A stretch of 62,705 nucleotides of DNA from a virus. Lineage: Duplodnaviria > Caudoviricetes. Location of the stretch: positions 1-62,705 of IMG/VR virus record IMGVR_UViG_3300044788_000047. One strand, given 5' to 3'. Positions 55,169 through 62,705 of the stretch are shown piece by piece; position 1 is the first letter of the stretch; each line of letters begins with the position of its first letter. The translations under genes were made by a program, and so were the position numbers. The notes under the pieces are model-generated. The model made no database searches. It worked only from the letters and a program-made list of their open reading frames with translations, and was not told the origin of the DNA.

Positions 55169-55191
55169 CCTATTGAGGGCCGCGCTGTCGC
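55169..55191 (-). promoter_or_regulatory. Putative late promoter motif, copy 4
   Basis: GCGACAGCGCGGCCCTCAATAGG; same 8-nt spacer as copy 1. Confidence 0.7.
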
Positions 55192-55194
55192 GCC

Positions 55195-55542
55195 CTAGCG
55201 AGTGTAGACGATGTCAAAGGCGACGTTGGTTCCGGCTCGGACGTTCGGCCGGATGGCGACCGGATTGAGCTTGACGTGGTAGAGACCGGGCCGAGTCAGC
55301 TTCTCCTCCGTATCATCGTCCCGCAGGACCATCCAACTGTCCTCGACCTCGGGGGTATTGGTGCCTTCAAGATCCCCATCCTCCAACTCCCCCGTGATCT
55401 GGATGGTTTTCTCTCGGTACTCGGTCTTGGAGATCGGCGCCCCGACCGAAGCGGTGTCCATCCCCGCCCATCGGATCCGACACCCGACCGACGAACCGCC
55501 TGGGATTTCATGGACCACTGGGAGCACAACGCGCGTCGCCAT
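55195..55542 (-). CDS. Small beta-sandwich virion-accessory-like protein
   Basis: W.G......G.P.......KTIQI.G......LEGTN....W..L.D...IRP pattern. Confidence 0.5.
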   Translation of the reverse strand: MATRVVLPVVHEIPGGSSVGCRIRWAGMDTASVGAPISKTEYREKTIQITGELEDGDLEGTNTPEVEDSWMVLRDDDTEEKLTRPGLYHVKLNPVAIRPNVRAGTNVAFDIVYTR

Positions 55543-55545
55543 GGC

Positions 55546-56871
55546 TTACTCCTCCTCTTCGATGCTGTGGATGCGTTCAAGATATCGCGAGAGGCCCGTG
55601 TGGCTGAGGAATGAATGCGCCTCGAGCGCGGCCAGGGCCTCCTCTGCGCGAGCCACGGGATCAGTCCGGTATTGTTTCCGCTTGACGTCGAGGCTGTTCG
55701 CGACCTCGAGGAGTTCTCGCCGGAGCGTCCGAATGTCGGTGCCGACCTGTCCGATGGTGCCGACTTGGCCATCCCGGCCGGCCAAGCAAGGCTCGCGATC
55801 GACATTGAGCATGACGTCGGTCAGGCTGATCCGGTCGTCGTGGAGCACCGTGACATCCAGCGGCGCCCCACGGTACTTCGCGGCAACCCTGGTAGCGTCC
55901 TCGGTGGGGTACGGAGGCACCGACAGCCGGAGCGTCATGGCCACTTCGGGAGACAGGATCCATTCATCGAGCTCGCCCAGCGCGAAGGCTTCCAAGTGGT
56001 CCGCGAGGCTCCCCTGGACAAGCCGGCAATAGGCCGGGAAGGCGTCGAACCCCAAGCGGGCAGACCATTCCAGCCAGAACGGCTCGCCGGCCGCGTTGAC
56101 GATGCAGTTCATGTCGATGGGGCCGACGTACCGAGCCCGACGAAGCCGGCCTTCGAGGCGGGCGACCCCGGCGCGCGGCAGGCCTGGCTTCGCGCCCTCG
56201 AGCGCCCAGACCATGTTGGCCTCGCACCCCGTCCGTGGGCCGAGGTTGCCGGTCAGAAACTTCTTGTCCTCGATGGTGGCGTTGAACGGCGGCACGAATC
56301 GCTCTCCGTCAAACCAGCCCTCGCAGGACACTTCGATGCCCTCGACGGCCCGTTGGAGCTCGAACGGCGGCTTCTCACCGGGGACGGTCTCCCACCACTT
56401 GAGCGACCGGATCATCATCGCCGGCACCCCGTCCATCGTCATGTCGGTGCCTGGGTCGCCTGAAATCTTGATGTACCACTTGCCCTCTTCGTCCTCCAGG
56501 AAGTCGATCGCCTCCCGGATCTTCGTGAACGGGTGGGACTCGGGGACAGTGATGCCGGCCTCGGAGGCGATCAGGCTGCCCCTGTGGCGGTCGCGCTCGA
56601 GGTCGGTATCCAGCGGGTTGCCCCCGATGACGGGGTGCCCGAGCAGTCGAAGCTGCTGACCGCGCGCGCCATGACCCACGGTATCGAAGACCACCAGCGC
56701 CCCCTTGGGCACCGTCGGCGTGTCCACCTTGTTCACGAGCCCCTGGCCGATGTGCTTGCCCTGCGAGTTCTCCACGTAGAAGAGCACTTTTCGGCCTTCC
56801 TGTTGGAGTCGGCGAGCAAGAAAGTGGCTGTCGCCCCACTCGGACCAGATGAAGATCGCGCGGTCGGTCAC
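55546..56871 (-). CDS. PurD (GAR synthetase)-like ATP-grasp amide ligase, 441 aa
   Basis: Probable GTG start at 56871 overlapping the upstream stop; LERDR..G......GI.VP, YIK..G, Q..VEG.EVS, E.KKF..GNLGP.TG, Y.G.ID.NC, LEW.AR.G. Confidence 0.8.
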   Translation of the reverse strand: MTDRAIFIWSEWGDSHFLARRLQQEGRKVLFYVENSQGKHIGQGLVNKVDTPTVPKGALVVFDTVGHGARGQQLRLLGHPVIGGNPLDTDLERDRHRGSLIASEAGITVPESHPFTKIREAIDFLEDEEGKWYIKISGDPGTDMTMDGVPAMMIRSLKWWETVPGEKPPFELQRAVEGIEVSCEGWFDGERFVPPFNATIEDKKFLTGNLGPRTGCEANMVWALEGAKPGLPRAGVARLEGRLRRARYVGPIDMNCIVNAAGEPFWLEWSARLGFDAFPAYCRLVQGSLADHLEAFALGELDEWILSPEVAMTLRLSVPPYPTEDATRVAAKYRGAPLDVTVLHDDRISLTDVMLNVDREPCLAGRDGQVGTIGQVGTDIRTLRRELLEVANSLDVKRKQYRTDPVARAEEALAALEAHSFLSHTGLSRYLERIHSIEEEE

Positions 56872-57284
56872 TTCTTCCTCTTGGGCCACTTCGGGAGCCA
56901 CTTGGGGAGACGGTCGAAGGCGGCGTCGTACTCGGCCCAGTTCGCGTTCAATTCGTGTGCGACCAGGCGCTCGATCGCGATGCCGAACCGATGCTCCTTG
57001 TAGTACGGCGCCTTCGGGTCGTCGCCGGCCTCGTCGATCGCCGGCCCCTTCACGCCCTTTGGCGCTTTCCACGCAAGATCCCAGTTGTCCACTTGCTTTG
57101 CCGTGATGCCCCGGAAATGACACAGCATTGCCTCGTGAAGCTCGTGCGTCGCGACCAGAAACTCATAGTGCTCACAGCCCATCTTCGAGACGCGGATCTC
57201 CAACGTGTCACCGTCAAACCACCAATTTCCGGACGTGTCGTAGGTTTGCTCGTCATGGGGGATGGTCTTGATGACGATGTTCAT
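56868..57284 (-). CDS. Small putative metal-binding hydrolase-like protein (HExxE)
   Basis: Y.T.G.W...EI.VS...LVA.HELHEA.LC...E.GD...APY..EH..GI..ER; coupled to both neighbours. Confidence 0.55.
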   Translation of the reverse strand: MNIVIKTIPHDEQTYDTSGNWWFDGDTLEIRVSKMGCEHYEFLVATHELHEAMLCHFRGITAKQVDNWDLAWKAPKGVKGPAIDEAGDDPKAPYYKEHRFGIAIERLVAHELNANWAEYDAAFDRLPKWLPKWPKRKK

Positions 57285-60200
57285 CGGGCGTACTCCAGTT
57301 GACGGCTCTCGTCGTAGGCGACTCGGTCCCGCCTGATCTCCTGCATCACTCGTCGGCTTTCGTTGAAGGACTCGAGGAGCACCCGCTCGCGGGCGTTCGC
57401 CTTCGTCGCGGCATCCATCGTCGTGTCCGTGCGGATGCGGTCGAGCGTCCGGCGTTGGTTCTTGAGTTGCGCGGCGTGTCCAGCGACCACGCCCGATTCC
57501 TGGAGTTCGAACTCGTGGGCCGCTCGGAAGCTCTCCTGTTGGCTCTCCGGCAATCCCCGGAGCGCCTGCATGGCTCCTGTGACCTGCTTATAGAAGTCGT
57601 AGAACTCTTCCTGCGGTTTCGAGAAGGTCGGGGGAAAGCGGGCCAAGAAGCGATTGACGCCGGGATATTCGGCGAGTCGCATCTCGGGTGCAGCCGGATC
57701 CCCCTTGGTGAGTGCCAGGATGCGGTCGGTCGCCGAGAGCGCGTACTGGCCATAGTAGCCGGCCAGGCCTCGGAAGATGTGTTCGATGTCGTTCGGCGTG
57801 AGCTTGTTGAGTCCCGGGACCGACTGAAAGGCCTTCGACAGCTCCACCGCGCCCGCAGGACCACCCGGACGGCCTTGCATGGGGGGCGGCAGGTTCCGCT
57901 GCCACGTCTTGTTGATGTCGCGGTTGAAATAGAAGTCCTTGTTCGTGGCGATCTCCCCGATGACGCGCACGACGGTTGGGAGCGCCTCGACGCGGCTGGC
58001 CTGCCAGAAGCTCTTGGCGAGGCGCTGGAAGAGCGCCGGCTCGCTGCCGTTGGCCCACTCGAGAATCTGGCGCGGGGCGGTGGCGAAGACCCACCCGAGC
58101 CCGTAGGCTTTCGGCATACTGAACATTTCGTTACTACGACGCTCCTGGTCTTCAAGGGAGAGCGTCTCCCACTCATCGGAGGCGATCCGAAGTCCAGGCG
58201 GGATGAGATAGAAGTTCATGTTCCGCTGTTCATCCGTGAGCGCCTGATAGCGTGGGTCGTCCTTGTTGAGCAGGTAGCCCAGGATCTCGGCGAACATGGT
58301 CAGACCACCAATGTAGAGCATCCCTCGACCGATGCGACCGGCGGGGTTTCTGTACATCTCACGGAACATCCGCGCGTTCCGGTACATCCCCTGGAAGGCG
58401 GGGTTCATAAACGTCACGGCCTGCATGTAGCGCCGGAACTGCTGGTTGGCCCCGTGCAGGTCGAAGTCGATGCCCGCCTCGCGCGCCTGATAGCCGGCTT
58501 CGATGTTGACGGATCTCCGGCCAGCCAAGACGTCCACCGGCCGCGCCTTCTCGATCGCCAGTCCAGCCACGCCGACCCGCGTCGTCTCGTCCCAGACACG
58601 GAGAATCTTCTCTGCCCAATGCCTGACGTCACGCCGTAGCTTGCCCTGATACCAGGCGCCGTCCTTGAGGTCCTGAATGTTCCTCGCGAGGGCCTCGGGG
58701 CTCACGTTCCGGTATGAGAAGATCCTGCCGCCGCCAGCGAGAAAGCGCCGGTAGGTCTTATCCGACTCGAGGATGCCCCTGAAGAACGGCGGGATCGGCC
58801 CCCATCCCGCAGCCATCGCCTCTTGTTGCTCGCGCGCCATGTGCGCCGGCATGAAGGACGGCGAGAGCACGACGCCGCGCCGGAGCATCCTGGCTGGGCC
58901 CCGCAGGAAGGTGTTGAAGGCCATCGTCGCCCAGGCCGTGTTCTCGGCCATCATGGGCATGTCCTTGCCGGTGAGCGCCCCGATCGAGCGCATGAGCATC
59001 GGGTTGAGGATCTGGACGACGTGCGGTGTTCCGCGGCGATAGACCACCATTTCGTTCGCCGGGAGGTTGTCTCGGCTCGGACGGAAGATCGTCGCCAGCC
59101 GGTTCAGGTCGAGCTGGTCGAGGATGTCGAGCGAGATCCCGGCATCGCGGAAGGCATCCTCGAGCTCCCGCCGGAACGACGCGAGCTGGACCGTGGTCGC
59201 CTTCATGGGCGTCGCCACCTTCTCCAACTGCATCCCGAGGAACTTGCCAGTGGCGAGCGCCTTATTCTCCGTCAGGTCGAGCGTCCGTGCGAGGACCTCA
59301 TTGCGCTTCACGGCGGAGATGATCGCCAGCAGGTTGCTCTGGTAGAGCTCGAGCGGGTCGAGCACGATCCGTTCGCTGGTGCCTCGGGTCCGGTGGAACC
59401 CCTTGCCGAGGCCGACCTTGGTCCCGAGCGCGCCGACCGCTTGCGGGTCACCGGGATTGTCCATGAGCCGGCCCAGAGGCACATAGAGTTCGATCGCGTC
59501 CTTGATGGCGGCGATCTCCTGTGGCCCCTTGAGGTCTGAGGAGCCGACCCACTCGAGGAAGGCATCGTTGAAACCCTGCCACTCGTCCATGACTCCGTTG
59601 AAGTCCGGATGTGTGGCCTCGAGGCGGGCGATCACGTCGGCCACGTCCACGCTCGACAGGTCGCCTAGCTTGCGAAGGTGCTCGGCTTGCTGCTGATAGA
59701 TCGGCCGATCCGACATCGCGCGAGACTCCATCACGCGCGCCATGGCGTAGGTGCGGAAGTCGTTGATTCGATTACCGACCGGCTTGAGGATCTGGAAGAA
59801 GCTCTTGGTGCCTGGGATGGGCTCGTCGGTCGTGGGGTCGAGGCGCCCCTGGGGCACGCTCGGATGGTCTGGATCGCCCATCAGCGCCGCGTGCGCGTTG
59901 TAGATCGACCCGCCCATCGTCCGCCCCAGCTTGTTCGGGTCCTGGTCGGCCGCGAGCTTGGTCCCTTCAGGATCGACCAACTGCACCATCTGCTGAAACG
60001 GGAGCCAGCGGTTGACGAACTGAAAGATGTGCTCCTGGCCCTGGCGCTGGAGCTCGCCGATGCTGGCAGCTTGCTTCGCGCGCTCGATGAGCGGGCGCTT
60101 CTCCCGCGTCGCGATCATGCGGCCGATGCGCTCTTCCGGCGTTGAGGCTCGAAGCGCAAGGATCTGGTCGCGGAAGGCGTTGAAGGCCTGCTCGAGGTCC

Positions 60201-62705
60201 GGCACCGTTGCCAACCGCGACTCGAACCACGGGTAGAAGGTCGGCGCGACCTGGCGGGCCAGCGCGGGATCGGTGGCGTAGAGCCGTGCGAACTCGGCGA
60301 ACCCTTCCGACAACTTCGGTCCCTTCACCCCTTGCACCTGCGTCAGCGCGTCCATTTCTGCGGCGAACGGCTGGAGCTCCTGATTACTGATCTGGAGTCC
60401 GGTCATCACGCCGCGGACCATGCTCGTGCCCTGCAAACCGTGGCCGAACTCGTGGGCGAAGGTGTCCACGTCCGTCCCCTTGCGGGCGCGAATGTTGCCC
60501 GAGAGCTTGTGCCGCCAGCCGAGGACCCCCTTGCCGACGACGTGACCCTGGATGGCGAGGGCGCCAGACTTGGCCATGCGGAGCGCCTCGGCCATCGCCT
60601 GAATCATCTGGTCCTTCCGGGGAGTGTCCGCGGCCTTCGTGCCGAACATACGCCGCACTTGGCTCTGGGGTGGCGCTGGGCGCGTCGGCGTTCTCGCCCC
60701 GCCGACGGCCATGCCTTCTCGCTCGGGCACCACCTCTTGCTCTGGCGTCACCTCGAGCGGCTCTTCGACGCCCATCTGTTCCTCGCCGGTGCCCCCGATG
60801 AAGTCGCCCTCACCAATCCCCTGCGTGCCCACATCGAGCGCCGGGACGTCTCCGGAGACGACCGCGTTGAGCATTTTCATCTTCCGAGCGATGATCCCCA
60901 TGTTCCAACTGTCGATGTTCGTGTCGGCGTACAAGACGTGGATTCTGGGGTAGCTCTTGGTGGTCATGCGCCACACCCGGCCGATCGCCTGCACCATATC
61001 GACGGCCGAAAAGGGCGACGTCACGATCACCATGTCGCGCGGGGCGTTGCCCACGACGTCATCGAGGTTGATACCCGTGCCACCCTTCTCCACGGTGGCC
61101 AGGACCACGCGCGTCTTCCCGGCCTGGAAGTCGTCCATGCTCCCCGTGGTGCCCGAGGCGCCACCGTGGATCTCCGAAATGTCCGTGATGCCCTCGCGCG
61201 CGAGGGCCTCCCGCATGAGCTTGACCGTCCCATCGCTCTGGTGGACGACGTCCCGCTCTTCCCCGACCACGTTGCCGAAGGCGTCGCGCACGACGCGCTT
61301 GATGGCGACCTCAGAGTAGTTGACCCTCGCCATGAAGACGACGACCTTGCGATTCTCCGCGAGCGAGGCTTTGATGGCGGCAATGGTCTGCTCTACCTTG
61401 AAGGTTTCGAGGGCCCGCCGTTGGTGCTGGAGCATCGAGGCCCGCCGAATCCCGACGAGGCGGTCCCCGTATTCGTTGATGTACGCTGTCTCGATCTTGT
61501 TCTGCACCATCATCGCCCCAGGCGAGGGCGGGATGGCGGTGAACAGGACCGTGACGCCATCGAGGGCGATCTCGCGCTTGATCATTCGGCCCTGGCGCGT
61601 GAGCTCGGTAAACTCCTTCTCCATGTTTTCGAGGACCTTCTGGAGGCCAAGCGCGGGGTTGGCCTCCCAGATCATCACCGCGCCCTTGGGGGTCCGCTGC
61701 TTTCTCTGGATCAGGCCCATGCGCTTGAAGACGTCGGCCGCCGAGACCTTGCCGAAGAGACCGGATTCCACCATGTAGTGCACGTGATGCGCCATGTCGG
61801 CCGGGGTCGCCGAGAAGAAGAGATTGCCGCCGGAGGCGCGGATCATGCGGAGGCCGGTCTTCGAGGTCTCGCTCGAGATGTTCTTGAGCTTGTGGGCTTC
61901 GTCCCAGATCATCACCGTGTTGTCGTCCACGGGGAGGTTCTGGAAGCGGTGGTAGCTCGTGACATAGGTCACGGCGCCAGCTTCGACGGGCCCGGAGGTC
62001 CACGGCTTGAGAACCACACCCATCGCGTCCGCGTCTTTCTTGTACGACCCGCTGAACGCCCACTGATCCTTGAGCTTGCGGAGCTGGAGAACCTGTTGCG
62101 GTGAGACAATCACGACCTTGTGGCCCCGGTCGGCCAGGATCTTCGCGGCGGCGATCTGCTCTCGCGTCTTCCCGACGCCGGTCATGTCGGCGTTGGCGAA
62201 GGCACCGACCTCCTCGAGCGCCTTGAGAGACGCCGCGACCCCTTGGCGCTGCGCCGGCGTCAGATGTTGAGCAAGGCTCTGAGGTATGACGGACTCATCG
62301 ACCGTGGGGGTGACGTCGTCCCGGGCGGTGATGATCCGGCGAGTTCGCTCATCGCCAGGGCGCTCAGGGTGTCGCTCGACGGGGCCTGCTCCGGGTCCGG
62401 GGGGAGCTGGTCCGGCTTGACCGGCCACGCCTGCGGGTCCTGCTGGGGCTTCTGGAACAGCTCCTTGAGCGGCTTGGCCACGGCTCGCCTCCATGCGGGC
62501 GCGAATCCCCTCGAAAGCCGGGCGGAGGTACTCTTCGACCCCTTCGCCCAGTGTGCTACGGATCTCACGCGCCCACGTGTCGAAATCCGTAGACCCGGCC
62601 TCGTAGACCGTCCCGCCGTAGTCCACCAAATCGTCAATGATGTCATCGGCCTCGTCCGCGCCGATTGCCAGCGTCTCGATCGGCTTGTTGAGCTTGGCCT
62701 GCAAC
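57281..62705 (-). CDS. Giant polyvalent protein, C-terminal part: Strawberry-notch/SNF2-like SF2 helicase, zincin-like (HExxH) peptidase, LPD38-like domain
   Basis: ADMTGVGKT (Walker A), DEAH, SATP, GGTGINL, QAIGRVWR; AHEFGH...EGFAEF; C-terminal IDFDLHG...FMNPAFQG...NKDFYFNRDI. Confidence 0.88.
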   Translation of the reverse strand, partial: LQAKLNKPIETLAIGADEADDIIDDLVDYGGTVYEAGSTDFDTWAREIRSTLGEGVEEYLRPAFEGIRARMEASRGQAAQGAVPEAPAGPAGVAGQAGPAPPGPGAGPVERHPERPGDERTRRIITARDDVTPTVDESVIPQSLAQHLTPAQRQGVAASLKALEEVGAFANADMTGVGKTREQIAAAKILADRGHKVVIVSPQQVLQLRKLKDQWAFSGSYKKDADAMGVVLKPWTSGPVEAGAVTYVTSYHRFQNLPVDDNTVMIWDEAHKLKNISSETSKTGLRMIRASGGNLFFSATPADMAHHVHYMVESGLFGKVSAADVFKRMGLIQRKQRTPKGAVMIWEANPALGLQKVLENMEKEFTELTRQGRMIKREIALDGVTVLFTAIPPSPGAMMVQNKIETAYINEYGDRLVGIRRASMLQHQRRALETFKVEQTIAAIKASLAENRKVVVFMARVNYSEVAIKRVVRDAFGNVVGEERDVVHQSDGTVKLMREALAREGITDISEIHGGASGTTGSMDDFQAGKTRVVLATVEKGGTGINLDDVVGNAPRDMVIVTSPFSAVDMVQAIGRVWRMTTKSYPRIHVLYADTNIDSWNMGIIARKMKMLNAVVSGDVPALDVGTQGIGEGDFIGGTGEEQMGVEEPLEVTPEQEVVPEREGMAVGGARTPTRPAPPQSQVRRMFGTKAADTPRKDQMIQAMAEALRMAKSGALAIQGHVVGKGVLGWRHKLSGNIRARKGTDVDTFAHEFGHGLQGTSMVRGVMTGLQISNQELQPFAAEMDALTQVQGVKGPKLSEGFAEFARLYATDPALARQVAPTFYPWFESRLATVPDLEQAFNAFRDQILALRASTPEERIGRMIATREKRPLIERAKQAASIGELQRQGQEHIFQFVNRWLPFQQMVQLVDPEGTKLAADQDPNKLGRTMGGSIYNAHAALMGDPDHPSVPQGRLDPTTDEPIPGTKSFFQILKPVGNRINDFRTYAMARVMESRAMSDRPIYQQQAEHLRKLGDLSSVDVADVIARLEATHPDFNGVMDEWQGFNDAFLEWVGSSDLKGPQEIAAIKDAIELYVPLGRLMDNPGDPQAVGALGTKVGLGKGFHRTRGTSERIVLDPLELYQSNLLAIISAVKRNEVLARTLDLTENKALATGKFLGMQLEKVATPMKATTVQLASFRRELEDAFRDAGISLDILDQLDLNRLATIFRPSRDNLPANEMVVYRRGTPHVVQILNPMLMRSIGALTGKDMPMMAENTAWATMAFNTFLRGPARMLRRGVVLSPSFMPAHMAREQQEAMAAGWGPIPPFFRGILESDKTYRRFLAGGGRIFSYRNVSPEALARNIQDLKDGAWYQGKLRRDVRHWAEKILRVWDETTRVGVAGLAIEKARPVDVLAGRRSVNIEAGYQAREAGIDFDLHGANQQFRRYMQAVTFMNPAFQGMYRNARMFREMYRNPAGRIGRGMLYIGGLTMFAEILGYLLNKDDPRYQALTDEQRNMNFYLIPPGLRIASDEWETLSLEDQERRSNEMFSMPKAYGLGWVFATAPRQILEWANGSEPALFQRLAKSFWQASRVEALPTVVRVIGEIATNKDFYFNRDINKTWQRNLPPPMQGRPGGPAGAVELSKAFQSVPGLNKLTPNDIEHIFRGLAGYYGQYALSATDRILALTKGDPAAPEMRLAEYPGVNRFLARFPPTFSKPQEEFYDFYKQVTGAMQALRGLPESQQESFRAAHEFELQESGVVAGHAAQLKNQRRTLDRIRTDTTMDAATKANARERVLLESFNESRRVMQEIRRDRVAYDESRQLEYAR
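62562..62705. repeat. Terminal overlap, right copy
   Basis: Matches 1-144 with one mismatch; lies inside a coding region. Confidence 0.97.

Larger units (their letters stand above)
1..62705. mobile_element. Complete circular(ly permuted) podovirus-like bacteriophage genome, 62,561 bp unique
   Basis: TerL, portal, scaffold, MCP, tail tube, ejection and lysis genes; 144-bp terminal overlap; one ORF reads in frame across the junction; no flanking host genes. Confidence 0.95.

Noticed and set aside
55546-57123. 525-aa version of the PurD-like ORF, and 454-aa version of the MCP from 19192
   Set aside because: The extensions overlap upstream genes in another frame and look non-coding; coupled or RBS-supported starts at 56871 and 18919 are preferred.

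Overview
The window is an apparently complete, high-GC tailed-phage genome of 62,561 bp assembled as a circle: bases 1-144 recur at 62562-62705 with one synonymous mismatch. It is podovirus-like, with TerL, a P22-type portal, scaffold, an N4-gp56-type major capsid protein, tail tube/adaptor proteins and ejection proteins. A ~3,060-aa polyvalent protein spans the sequence origin (ddrB-like ParB, Strawberry-notch-like SF2 helicase, HExxH peptidase, LPD38-like domain). Late genes are on the minus strand; early and replication genes are on the plus strand at 34.5-45.6 kb. I see no integrase, ParA/ParB partition pair, DNA polymerase, tRNA or CRISPR array. Main observations: (1) At least eight late proteins, including tail-fibre and head-decoration-like ones, carry Sec-type signal peptides, six of them with evenly paired cysteines, and an O-antigen-ligase/O-oligosaccharyltransferase-like membrane enzyme sits inside the capsid operon. 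This suggests virion appendages are exported, disulfide-bonded and possibly glycosylated in the periplasm. (2) A chromosomal-type parS palindrome and a 28-bp XerCD dif-like site lie ~430 bp apart, suggesting maintenance entirely by host ParB and XerCD. (3) The tail tube B gene seems to lack its last beta-strand, which appears instead at the end of a gene 3.35 kb downstream. (4) There is a KhpA homologue with a broken GxxG loop, and an Sm-fold gene paired with an (S-R/G/W)n peptide. (5) There is a four-copy late-promoter motif, a consensus sigma54 promoter heading the early genes, and a seven-copy gene-junction repeat. All family assignments come from motif recognition by eye; no database searches were run.
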